Shown here: positions 25,789-38,971 of the stretch, piece by piece
Position numbering within the stretch: the stretch's first letter is position 1
Layout: each line of letters begins with the position of its first letter
Assembly (NCBI GenBank): GCA_951406725.2
Contig: OX597822.1
Location: 99,014,001-99,078,000 of the forward strand
Origin: Octopus vulgaris
Taxonomy: Eukaryota
Length of the DNA stretch: 64,000 nucleotides
Direction: 5' to 3'
Notes under the pieces: generated by a model
Told to the model about the DNA's origin: nothing
What the model saw: the letters and a program-made list of their open reading frames with translations, nothing else
The model's database searches: none
Made by a program: the position numbers and the translations under genes

Positions 25789-26381
25789 TTGTGTATGCAA
25801 GTATGTATCTGTCATTTTCTTCTATACATCAATATTATCAGATGCATTTATCTGATACCATAAAAGTAGATGAGTATAGAAAATTTGTAGGACAGAAATA
25901 CGCTATGGAATTTTTCATAATTTACTAATGTTTTATGTATAACCCTAAGAAATCTGACTTTTATCTCATTTAAGGAAATGCCCAAACATTTTCTCTTAAT
26001 GTTCTTCTACATGCCAGTCTCCTCTTTCTCTTTCTCTTTCTCTTATCACCATCACCTTTGTCTGTTTGTCAACCTGTCCGTCCATCTGTCTATCTGTCTG
26101 TTTCTGTCTTTCTGTCTATGTCTCTCTCTTCTTTTCAACTACACATCTGTCCATCTTTGCATAAAACCAAATCAGATTAGCCTCAGTTGCTATAAATTAC
26201 TATAAATGCCCAAATGTCTCCATTTCGAAAATACCATCAATATATAAAGAACTCGCACTATTTATTTATTCATCTTTTTATCAGTTTTAGTGATCACCCA
26301 AAACCTTTAGCTATGACTTAATATTTTTATCGTAATACAACTAATGTAAAAACAGATCTGCTAATCAAATCAAGTAACATG

Positions 26382-26737
<356 letters not shown>

Positions 26738-27104
26738 ATATATACGTATATATATATATACTTCCTATATATATATACTTCCTAGCTACATGGTTTCGGG
26801 TTCAGTCCCACTGCGTGGCACTTTGGGTAGGTGTCTTCCACTATAGCCCCGAGCCGACCGGAGCTTTGTGATTGAATTCGGTAGGTGGAAGTTACTGCCA
26901 TGTGTGTATGTGTGCGTATAGCTGCTCAGTGCCTCTCCGAAAGAGAGAGAGGGATATACGTACATATATATATATCTATAGTTATACACACACACATACA
27001 TATATTTATGCATTCACACAAACATGCACATGCGCAGACATATTCACATATTTTGTCATAAGCATCAAAGGCACTTTTAGTTCAAAATAGCAAATCTTAT
27101 ATCA

Positions 27105-27770
27105 TACCTAAAGCAAATATATGGTTGAAAGCCTCAAAAATTGTGGTTGGTTTTTGTCTCAAGAAAGTATCTCTTATAGATGGATAGTGTTAAAAAACAC
27201 AGTTACATATCAGTAACAGACAAAAAAATGTCCAGCAGTAATGGTGGCACTTTTTAAATATGTATATTTGCTTCTTTGAGCATTTTAAGTTGCAAGTATC
27301 CACTAACAACTGCTTGTTAAGATTAATTTAACCTCTACTGATTTTTAACTCTATATGTCAATAGGAGATGCTTTCTTGAGGCAAATACTACAGTTTTCTG
27401 GATTTCAACTGTATATTTGATTTAAGTATGATACATAGATTGCTATTTTGAACTACTATTGCTTCTGACACTAATAACAAATATCTTTCAGCCTGCCAGC
27501 TAATTGCAACATTGGTGATTTTTCAATCACTGTTTTTCTATATCGGTAAAAGCTAAATTTGTCTTAGTGTGCAGTTGCCAGCAGATACTTGCTTCTGATG
27601 AAGTTCAAAGAAGCAGAAATACATAGATAGCAACATCACCTCCACTACTGGACGTTTTTTGTCTTTTACTGATATATATCAGTGCTTTTTAATACTATAT
27701 GTCTATAAGAGATGCTTTTTTGAGATGAAACCCACAGATTTGAGGCTTCAACATTATAACCACTTTAAGT
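27105..27770. repeat. Old diverged inverted repeat (arms ~27105-27315 / ~27570-27770) plus internal partial copy
   Basis: atatcagtaacagacaaaaaaatgtccagcagt vs reverse complement of actactggacgttttttgtcttttactgatat; 27340-27430 resembles 27665-27770. Confidence 0.7.
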
Positions 27771-30080
27771 ATATAGTGGATATCAAACTAACGAAATATC
27801 ATTTAAGAGGCATTGGTCATAATTTGTCTTTTTAGAATGCTTCTTCCTTCCTTCATTTTAAAATAGTGTTAACTTTTTACTGCAATTTTTTAAAAATATT
27901 ATTTTTATAAAATTAATTTGATTTCTTTTCCTGTACATATTAAATAAATTTGATATTCACAATTCTCCTTGAATTTCTTTTCTATTGTTAATGAACAGTT
28001 TCACATCGACTCAGGCCATTAATTTCCTCTTGAGATCAAATCAAAATATAATGTCTTAAAGCTAATTAGTCCACATAGTTTTTTTCTGTAGCAGCCTGTG
28101 TCAGTAATACAATTTACTGTATGTTGACTTATTACCAAGCACATAGAACAGGGGTCAGTGAACTGGGGTAAAAATGAAATTCTTGTGGGTAATGAGGACT
28201 CATTAGATGTAAGCAAAATTATATAAAAAAATGTGTTCCTTGTTATGAGAGAAATTTTTCCTCTGACAACACTGCATTTGTCCACTGTAATGAATGTATA
28301 AATAAATTCATATCAATAGATTTGATAAAATAGATTCAATGAACCTTTTGAATTCAAGGAATCTATGAATGCTTATTTTCAAATCAGTGGGGTAAATAAA
28401 TATATTTTGGGGTGATTAGTAAAAAATGTTCCCAAACCCCTGACATAGAGGATCTAAACATGTTTTTTAAGGTCATCAGGAAATGAAGAGTGGGACATAA
28501 ATTTTCATTATACAGTCCTTTAAATTTTTGTACTCACATACATTTTCCCCTGTGTTACAGCAGAGAAACCAAATATACTTATTTTATCAGGCAGTTAAGA
28601 AAATTGAGCTTATTACACAGGCTCTTTTATATGCTGTAAGGCAACAAATGAAAGAAAAACTTTATTTTGCATTAAGGAGATGCAAAGTATTTATTCACTC
28701 TACGAAGAGAAATTTTAAATAACATTTTAAGGTGTAGTTACTCTATGGATAAAAAGCATTATGATGAATTTACTGCTTTTTCAATATTTTGCTGCAAAAT
28801 AAAATATTCAAGTGATGTAAAAAATTACAGGTGATGTATTTATCATGACATAAATTATTCATGGTGAATTTATGAGTTGGCAGTAATAAACTTGCTGGAC
28901 ACTTCATCTATGATTTAAAAAACATATGAACAAAAACATAAAAAGAGAAACATGCTAGAATCTCATTATTTTACTCAGAGTCTAAGGATTTGCTTTAGTG
29001 ATTGATTAGAACCGAGCCAACGAAAACTGTCAGTGCAAAATCAATCAAGATAAAATCACAGTTTTACCAGAGCAATCAACGGAAATGTTAACACCAAATG
29101 TGGGTAAAGATTGCAAGGGGAAGAGAGTCTCCTTTCACATATGACTGGCACAGCATCAGTTACGATGATGAGTGTTTCAGCTGATCCAATAAATGGAACA
29201 GCTTGCTCATGAAATTAACATGCATGTGGCTGAACGCTCCACAGACATGCATACCTGTAACATGACCAGTTCTTTGACTTACAGGTACTACTCATTTTTA
29301 TCAGGTGAGAAGACTGGAGCAATACGAAATAAGTGCCTTGCTCAAGGACACAATGTACCAATGAGTATTGAACTCATAACTGGATAATTGCAAACTGAAT
29401 GCCCTAACCACTTAGCTATGTGCCTTCACTCCTCTCACATACAGTTGGCTCAGCTTGGAGAATCTGTCTTGTGTTCTAATCTCATGTCTGCAGTATCTCT
29501 CAATGCTGAGAAAAAGCAGCTCAGCTTTGAGAGACTTCCTGATCCCTTCGGCTAATCACTTTGTTGATAACAACAACAACCGGAAAGCAAAAGAGTCTCA
29601 GTATAAAGAAAATGTGACAGTATAAACTACAAGCTAATTACACAGAAGGAAAATGTTTAGAAATGAAGAAAACAGCATAAAAATGATACGAAAAACATAA
29701 CAAAAAGTGATTTAAAAGCAAAAGAAAAAGTGAAGAGTTATAATTTCTCTCAGGTCAGTATCCTATGTGATTGTAAAGCTAGGAAATGGGCCAATATGGA
29801 AACCAATGAAGTCTCACAAAACTCTGGAAGCGGAAGGTTTGATTTTAACTCTACAAGACGCAAATAGTTAATGAAATAAGAGAATGACAGCTTATGCAAA
29901 GTGTGCAATCAACATAAATAAACAATCTACTACATCATTTCCAGCAGCCAAGTCGTCATGTATGGTTAGATAAGTAGGTAACTCCATTAGACAGTATGTA
30001 GATTTGTCCTTGGCAAACCTGAATAATGAAGAAAAAAGAAAGTATTATATATATGTGTATATGTATATGTATATGTATGT

Positions 30081-31534
30081 ATCATCATCATCATCATCAT
30101 CATTTAGCGTCCGTTTTCCATGCTAGCATGGGTTGGACGGTTCAACTGGGGTCTGGGGAGCCCGAAGGCTGCACCAGGCCAGTCAGATCTGGCAGTGTTT
30201 CTACAGCTGGATGCCCTTCCTAACGCCAACCACTCCGAGAGTGTAGTGGGTGATTTTATGTGCCACCGACACAGGTGCCAGACGAGGCTGGCGAACGGCC
30301 ACGCTCGGATGGTGTTTTTATGTGCCACCGACACAGGTGCCAGACGAGGCTGGCAGACGGCCACGCTCGGATGGTGTTTTTATGTGCCACCGACACAGGT
30401 GCCAGATGAGGCTGGCGGACGGCCACGATCGGATGGTGTTTGTTACGTCCCCAAAGCACGGAGGCCAGTCTATGCGGTACTGGCTACGGCCACGTTCGGA
30501 TGATTTTCTTGTGTGCCACCGGCACTGGTTTCCACAAAGATACAAATTCCATTGATGTTCATCTATTTTGATTTGTTTTGATTTGATTTGATTTTCACTT
30601 GCCTCAACAGGTCTTCACAAGTGTCACAAGAAGGAAGGTATGCACAGGTGGACTGACTACGTCCCAGGTAGGGGCCACGGGTTATGGCCTGACTAGTCTT
30701 GCCGGGTCTTCGGATGGTGTTTTTATGTGCCACCGACACAGGTGCCAGATGAGGCTGGCGAACGGCCACGATCGGATGGTGTTTGTTGCGTGCCCACAGC
30801 ACGGAGGCCAGTCGATGCGGTACTGGCTACGGCCACGTTCGGATGGTTTTCTTGTGTGCCACCGGCACTGGTACCACAAGATACAAATTCCATTGATGTT
30901 CATCTATTTTGATTTGATTTGATTTGATTTTCACTTGCCTCAACAGCACTTGCCTCAACAGGTCTTCACAGGTCTTCACAAGTGTCACAAGAAGGAAGGA
31001 AGGTATGCACAGGTGGACTGACTACGTCCCAAGTAGGGGCCATGGGTTATGGCCTGACTAGTCTTGCCGGGTCTTCGGTTGGTGTTTTTATGTGCCACCG
31101 ACACAGGTGCCAGATGAGGCTGGCGGACGGCCACGATCGGATGGTGTTTGTTATGTGCCCACATCACAGAGGCCAGTCGATGCGGTACTGGCTACGGCCA
31201 CGTTCGGATGGTTTTCTTGTGTGCCACCGGTACTGGTACCACAAAGATACAAATTCCATTGATGTTCATCTATTTTGATTTGGTTTGATTTGATTTGATT
31301 TGATTTTGATTTTCACTTGCCTCAACAGGTCTTCACAAGTGTCATAAGTAGGAAGGTATGCACAGGTGGACTGACTACGTCGCCGGGTCTTCGGATGGTG
31401 TTTTTATGTGCCACCAACACAGGTGCCAGATGAGGCTGGCGAACGGCCACGATCGGATGGTTTTCTTGTGTGCCACCGGTACTGGAACCACAAAGATACA
31501 AATTCCATTGATGTTCATCTATTTTGATTTGGTT

Positions 31535-31537
<3 letters not shown>
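30081..31537 (-). mobile_element. RTE 3' UTR-derived repeat with tandem ~61-bp units and higher-order ~330-370-bp units
   Basis: ggatggtgtttttatgtgccaccgacacaggtgccagatgaggctggcgaacggccacg repeated; tacaaattccattgatgttcatctattttgattt occurs four times. Confidence 0.85.
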
Positions 31538-31616
<79 letters not shown>

Positions 31617-32111
31617 GTATGTATATGGTATAGACATACTCTGAATTTAAAAAATGTGACTATGACATGGTTATGATACTAAAAATATATAAATAAATAA
31701 ATGATGTAGGCGTGGCTGTGTGGTAAGAAGGTTTGCTTCCCAACCACATGGCTCCAGGTTCAGTCCCACTGCATGGCACCTAGGGCAAATGTTTTCTGCT
31801 ATTGCTTCAGGCTGACCAAAGCCTTGTGAGTGGATTTGGTAGAGAGAAACTGAAAGAAACCTGTCGTATATATATTTCTATAAATAAATAAATATGTGTG
31901 GTGTGTGTGGGTGTTTGTACCCCACCACACTTGACAACCAGTGTTGGTGTGTTTGTGTCCTCATAATTTAGTGGTTTGGCAAAAGATACTGATGGAATAA
32001 GCACCAGAAAATAAGTACAGCGGGGGTCGAGTCACTCAAGTGAAATTCTTCAAGGTGGTGCCCCAGCATGGCCACAGTCTAATGACTGAAACAAATAATA
32101 AAAAAGGTAAA

Positions 32112-32189
<78 letters not shown>

Positions 32190-32690
32190 GTATGTATATG
32201 GTATAGACATACTCTGAATTTAAAAAATGTGACTATGACATGGTTATGATACTAAAAATATATAAATAAATAAATGATGTAGGCGTGGCTGTGTGGTAAG
32301 AAGGTTTGCTTCCCAACCACATGGCTCCAGGTTCAGTCCCACTGCATGGCACCTAGGGCAAATGTTTTCTGCTATTGCTTCAGGCTGACCAAAGCCTTGT
32401 GAGTGGATTTGGTAGAGAGAAACTGAAAGAAACCTGTCGTATATATATATTTGTATAAATAAATAAATATGTGTGGTGTGTGTGGGTGTTTGTACCCCAC
32501 CACACTTGACAACCAGTGTTGGTGTGTTTGTGTCCTCATAATTTAGTGGTTTGGCAAAAGATACTGATGGAATAAGCACCAGAAAATAAGTACAGCGGGG
32601 GTCGAGTCACTCAAGTGAAATTCTTCAAGGTGGTGCCCCAGCATGGCCACAGTCTAATGACTGAAACAAATAATAAAAAAGGTAAAAGAT
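31538..32690 (+). repeat. Near-identical tandem duplication (~575 bp) of microsatellite, spacer and SINE A
   Basis: 31621-32113 is almost identical to 32194-32690. Confidence 0.92.
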
Positions 32691-33342
32691 AAAGGGAGAA
32701 AAGTGAAGGAAATCTCTGACCCCCCACACACACATACACACAAAAAAAATCAACTTGATGTCTTTCCAACCAAAGATATTTCTGGGAAGGAAGCATAAAA
32801 AGCTATTGAAGTACAAATGCATTGAAATGGAAATGAACAAAATATGTTGGAGGATAGAGAGAGAAAAATAAAAATACAGAGACAGAAAGAGAGGGAGAGA
32901 GAGGGAGAAAGAGAGAAACACTTTTGATAAAGATAAGTGTAGGAAAGAAATATGAATAGAAAATTGCTTAAAGTCATACAAGGCCTGCAACTTAGCAACA
33001 CAGAACTCAAAAATAGCCAGGAAGGCTATGGCACACACAATGTATGAGGCCTGTTTTTGAATGTTTTTTTTTTTTTCTTTCTGATTCATACAATACCTGT
33101 TTGACACAATAACCTTTTCGTAAGATGAAAGGTTTCATAACAAAGTGTGGGAGAGAACAAAAATAACCCCGGCCACAATAGAATGCAAAAACATCTTCAA
33201 ATTCTGTAGAAAAAACAAACAAAAATAAACCAACAAACCAACAAACAAAAGAGAAAACAAGACAAAAGAAATATATTACAGACACCTCAAGATCAGATGA
33301 AAACTTACATGAAATTAGTGAAAGCAAATATCAATGATGATG

Positions 33343-33401
<59 letters not shown>

Positions 33402-33435
33402 TATAATGATAATAATAATAATAATTATAATAGTA

Positions 33436-33504
<69 letters not shown>

Positions 33505-33512
33505 GTAATAAT

Positions 33513-33710
33513 ACCAGCAGATGACAATGTTTCTCTAAAAGAAATGGAGAAACTTTCAAAATACAAAGACCTGGAAATAGAGGTGACTCGAATGTGGAAT
33601 CTAAAAATAGAAACAATTCCTATCATAGGTGCATTAGGTATGAAAAAAAAAATATTCAGACAAATACATAACAAATACACCAGGACTTACAAATATATAT
33701 AACATACAGA
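33513..33710 (+). mobile_element. R4/Dong LINE RLE C-terminal fragment after (TAA)n
   Basis: PADDNVSLKEMEKLSKYKDLEIEVTRMW; matches 24121-24305. Confidence 0.85.
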
Positions 33711-33970
33711 AAGATAAGCCCCTGTACCTGGCTTTCATTGACATGGAGAAAGCTTTTGACAAGGTCCCCCGATCCCTTATCTGGTGGTCAATGAGAAAAT
33801 TAGGGATAGATGAATGGTTAGTGAGAGCTGTACAAGCCATGTACAGGGATGCTGTAAGTAAGGTGAGGGTTGGCAACGAGTACACTGAAGAATTCAGGGT
33901 AGAGGTAGGGGTCCACCAAGGTTCAGTCCTCAGCCCCCTCCTATTTATCATAGTCCTCCAGGCAATAATG
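33710..33970 (+). mobile_element. RTE-clade RT fragment
   Basis: LAFIDMEKAFDKVPR...VGVHQGSVLSPLLFIIV. Confidence 0.9.
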
Positions 33971-34075
33971 GATGAGATGACGAGATGGTGTGAGAGCAGT
34001 TGCTGTAAGAATGAGGTAGATCCAACAACCCCTGTTAACGGAGACAAATCCAGATTTAAAAAAAATATTGGACAT

Positions 34076-34116
<41 letters not shown>

Positions 34117-34118
<2 letters not shown>

Positions 34119-34498
34119 AGCAGTTTCGCCCGGCGTTGCTCGGGTTTGTAAGGGAAATAACTATATAAGCATTTTTAGAGAGTTATAGCCAAAAAATATC
34201 CAAAAAAAATGCATTAAAAATGGAAAAAAAATGATGGTAAATTTTTTTTTAAATCGTTGACTCATCGTAGACATTTTTAGAGAGTTACTTTCCTTATATA
34301 ATAGCAAAAAAATGCATTAAAATGGAAAAAAATGATGGTAAATTATTTCTAAAATCGTAGACTCATCGTAGAAGGGCTCGATATGAATCACGACTATAAG
34401 ATACCCACTTTTGGTTACACTGCACCGCAAAATGTGGAAGTAGTTAGGAATCTAAATCGTAGGAGACAGACACACAACTTGACTTTTATATATAAAGA
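34117..34498 (-). mobile_element. Non-autonomous Helitron with internal ~100-bp duplication
   Basis: 3' end matches 1163-1265 (CTTG variant of CTAG); 5' TC terminus in (TA)n. Confidence 0.7.
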
Positions 34499-34585
34499 TA
34501 TATATATATATGTATAAGAGAAGAAGAAGGAAATGGAGATTGTGAAGTTAATAAGAGTTTATTATCAACAACAAATCGAACATTA

Positions 34586-34667
34586 TCCCTTACAGCTGTT
34601 TCAATTACTCACAGTGATTTTATTAAATATTAAGTTCATATTTCTGAGCATAATATCTTCAGAAGGA
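34586..34667 (-). ncRNA. Type I hammerhead ribozyme motif, palindromic stem III
   Basis: uccuu-CUGAAGA-stem II (U.U first pair)-GAA-ACAGCUGU-A-aggga. Confidence 0.6.
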
Positions 34668-34899
34668 GCAGAAAATATACCAATAGATGTTTATATGCTT
34701 ATTTATGGATTCATTATAGCAGACTCTATAACATAACTGCTAATCAAATTTTATATATATATATATATATATCAACATCACAATCAAGGAACGGCCATAA
34801 TAGGCCATTCACCCACTAGAAATAACAGCCAAAGCTTCAACTGCAAAATAACATTAATTCCGCAAATCAGGAGAAAATTAAAAAAACATTTACCCTGTA

Positions 34900-35006
34900 A
34901 TTTCTTATACGATGCACCGTTTCATCTACTGTTTAATGGTAAACTAACCTGATTAAATTAAATCAAGCCAATCTTCCATAGGCCCTTAGATTCGTCAGTA
35001 AGAAAT
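34900..35006 (-). ncRNA. Canonical type I hammerhead ribozyme
   Basis: auuucuua-CUGACGA-AUCUA[insert]UAGAU-GAA-ACGGUGCAUCGU-A-uaagaaau; 8-bp stem I, GUA triplet. Confidence 0.8.
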
Positions 35007-35529
35007 AGCCAGATCGGAACAGATATTGATTAATTATATATATATATATATATATATAAGTATTGTTTATAGCCACTTCAATGCGGCTGTCCTCTAAGAG
35101 ATGATGGTGCTACCATTTTAACTCCAAGAAGACATTTGCTCCAGCTGGTTTACTCAGTGTGCTTCTCGCACTTAATATTTATTACAGTGGGAGATGACTC
35201 CTGCCACCCTAGCTCCAAGACCATCAGACCACATGGTTTTAATCTGTATTGGATCTCCTTGGTGGTGGATACTCCATTGCTAGGCATGTCACCAGTTTAG
35301 CCTCGCTTGCAATATATAGAAAACACAGTGTCATACAATCGTTGATTTTCGTAACTAGGAAATTAGTCTGTTAGAAAATCTCTGTTTGGACAGCAACATT
35401 AAACTGGCCATAAACTTTTGGGTTCGTATAATGCTTCTAACTTGAACAGAGGTTTTGTAACAAACTAGTTTCCTATATATATATATATATATATATATTT
35501 GTATGTATGTATGTATATATATATAATTC

Positions 35530-35858
35530 GATGACTGGCATCCGTGCTAGTGGAACACGAAGAGCACCATCTGAGTGTGATTGTTACCAGCGTTGCATTA
35601 ATGCACTTGTGTCGGTGTGCAGGTGGCACGTAAAAAAAACCCATTTGGGCGTGGCTGTTGCCAGTACTGCCTGACTGGCACGTAAAAGCACCCACTACAG
35701 TCTCGGAGTGGTTAGCATTAGGAAGGGCATCCAACTGTAGAAACTCTGCCAGATCAAGATTGGAGCTTGGTGTAGCCATCTGGTTTGCCAGTCCTCAGTC
35801 AAATCGTCCAACACATGCTAGCATGAGAAGCGGACGTTAAGCGATGATAATGATGATG

Positions 35859-35860
<2 letters not shown>
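35530..35860 (+). mobile_element. RTE 3' UTR-derived repeat
   Basis: ggcacgtaaaagcacccactac...ggaagggcatcc...ggacgttaagcgatgat. Confidence 0.75.
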
Positions 35861-35904
<44 letters not shown>

Positions 35905-36141
35905 TATGATGGTGGTTATTTACAATTTAAAAACTGAAAGGTACAAGTACAATCAACAATAAAGTGACTAAGGATGCAAATCAGTACCAGCATGGTTAGA
36001 AATAAGAGTCAACTCTTATCTATTGACTGACAGAGGAGAACAGCCTCCCTACAGCAAACAAAGCGTGCCAGATAGTCGATGATTTTGGATTGAAATCATC
36101 AGTGACATTCCATTGCCTAGAGTTTAATTATACTCACCTTT

Positions 36142-36148
36142 ATATATG

Positions 36149-36182
<34 letters not shown>

Positions 36183-36288
36183 TGTATGTATGTATGTATG
36201 TATGTACGTATGTATGTATGTATGTATGTATGTACATACGTACGTATGTATGTATGTACATACGTACGTATGTATGTATGTATGTATG

Positions 36289-36322
<34 letters not shown>

Positions 36323-36384
36323 CATACGTACGTATGTATGTATGTATGTATGTATGTATGTACATATGTACGTATGTATGTATG

Positions 36385-36415
<31 letters not shown>
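36142..36415. repeat. (TATG)n microsatellite
   Basis: Direct inspection. Confidence 0.95.
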
Positions 36416-36735
36416 ATTCTTTTATTCCTTTATTTGCTTCAGTCATCTGACTGTGGCCATGCTGAAGTAATGCCTTTAGATGAAGAAATCAACCCCAGGA
36501 CTCATTCCTCATAAGCCTAGTACTTATTCTATTGGTCTCTTTTACCAAACTAATAGGTTATGGGGATGTAAACACACCAGCGTCGGTTGTCAAGTGATGG
36601 AGGGACAAACTCAGACACACACACATACACACACACACAAATATATACATATATATACATACATACATACATATATATATATACATATGTATATATATAT
36701 ATATATATATACATACATACATATACACACATATG

Positions 36736-36774
<39 letters not shown>

Positions 36775-37130
36775 GGAGAGTTTACGAAAAAAACAAAAGA
36801 CGAAGACAGGTGGTGTACAAAACAAACAGATGTATTAGTATAACGCTCAGGAATAGAAAAAGTCTTTTACGTTTCGAGCCTATACTCTTCTACAGAAAGG
36901 TACACAGAAAAAACAGGGAGAGAAAAAGAAGGAGAGAAAAAAATGTGTGTAGTGGCTAACAATCAATCATGGCGACAGACTCGATATATGATGGGCTTCT
37001 TTCAGTTTCTGTCTTCCAAATCCATTCATAAGGCTTTCATTGACCCGAGGCTATAGCCGAAGACACTTGCCCAAGGTGCCATGGAACCATTTGACTGCGA
37101 AGCAACCTTCTTATCACAACAGCCACGATG
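36416..37130 (-). mobile_element. SINE family A whose internal microsatellite is interrupted by a PLE-like remnant (~36771-36975)
   Basis: SINE halves at 36416-36615 and 36990-37130; insert carries an HHR-like motif at 36864-36899. Confidence 0.7.
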
Positions 37131-37429
37131 CAGGAAAGAAATCCCAGCTGTTGCATATGTGACAGTAAGAGCTGCTCTACAGAGCTGCTCTGTCCTAAGA
37201 AACTGAAAAGTTAGAAGAAGAATGGTTATCATGGACAGAGATAGAAGCAACAAAGATAGCAGGTCTCAGAGGCTGCATTTTTAACAGCTCTGGCTGCAGA
37301 CCCAAGGACGGTTGAAACATAAAAAGCAGAAAACTTGTCTTGCCCTAACGAAAATGGGGTTGAAAATGTTTGTTTCTTCAAAGCCTATTTTACTATTTTT
37401 ACTATTTTTTACTATTTACTATTTTACTA

Positions 37430-37827
37430 TTTTACTTGTTTCAGTCAATTGACTGCGGTCATGCTGGAGCACCGCCTTTAGTCGAGCAAATCGACCCCGG
37501 GACTTATTCTTTGTAAGCCCAGTACTTATTCTATCAGTCTCTTTTGCCGAACCGCTAAGTTACGGGGACGTAAACACACCAGCATCGGTTGTCAAGCAAT
37601 GCTAGGGGGACAAACACAGACACACAAACAACACACACATACATATATATATATACATATATTCAACAGGCTTCTTTCAGTTTCCGTCTACCAAATCCAC
37701 TCACAAGGCATTGGTCGGCCCGGGGCTATAGCAGAAGACACTTGCCCAAGATGCCATGCAGTGGGACTGAACCCGGAACCATGTGGTTGGTTAGCAAGCT
37801 ACTTACCACACAACCACTCCTGCGCCT
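37430..37827 (-). mobile_element. SINE family A, full length, young
   Basis: Near-identical to 44995-45398. Confidence 0.9.
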
Positions 37828-38642
37828 GTGGTTTTTTTTTTGCAAAAATACTGGGTATCGGGAGAGCCCAATAGCTCAATACAATATACTATCTATGCTT
37901 ATTTCATTGATACCAAATCGATAACAAAACAATATGGATGCCTTTGATAAGTGAAATCAAAAGACAAAAAAAAAAAGCTCAACAAACAATTTCATTGAAT
38001 TAAATATTCTTAAAATACTATGAGTGGATCTCTATTGTTTCTGATGTCTCTACCAACGTAATACAACAGAAAGAAAAGATTTAAAAAATCCTAGGAAAAA
38101 AAGAATTATTTCCAAGTATATTTAGGCAAGCATATCGAATTTTCAATATGGTATCAATGTGTGAATATATCTTGATTGAGTGCAGATCAAACATATTTGA
38201 GTATTGGTTTCTGTTGATGAAGTACAAATATCATGGTATTGCATTTTTAGATAGTATTTGGCAGTGTAAGTGAACAGGATTCAATGTTCTGTAAATAAGA
38301 GTGGCTAAGGAGTTTGCTTCTCAGCTACATGGTTTCAGGCTCAGTCCCCCTGCATGGCATCTTAGTTAAGAGTCTTCTACTATAACCCCAGGGAGACCAA
38401 AGACTTGTGAGTGGGAATTTGTTGACAGGAAACTGAAAGAAGTTTGTGTGCATGCATGTGTGTATATGTGTGTGTATATACATTATTCTTTTACTTGTTT
38501 CAGTGATCTGACTGTGGCCATACTGCAGTACCATCTTTAGTTGAACAAATTGACCCCAGGACTTATTCTTTGTAAGCCTAGTATTTATTCTATCAGTCTC
38601 TTTTACTGAACTGCTAAGTTATGGGGACATAAACACACCAAC

Positions 38643-38742
<100 letters not shown>

Positions 38743-38971
38743 CTACTCACACACACACATACATATATACACGTCATTGTAAGTGGAAAGGATTTACTAT
38801 TCTGTAGATAAGAGCAGTGAGTTGGCAAAATTCAAATATCTGTCTTCATATACGTAGAGATACACAAATGCACCCCACCCCACATATACATATATATATA
38901 TGCACATATACATATGTACATACATATACATATGTGTATATGTATATACTTGCATGTGTGTATATATACAT

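Noticed and set aside
30250-31500. CRISPR-like repeat-spacer array
   Set aside because: Eukaryotic context, spacers are themselves repeated, no cas genes; tandem expansion in a retroelement UTR
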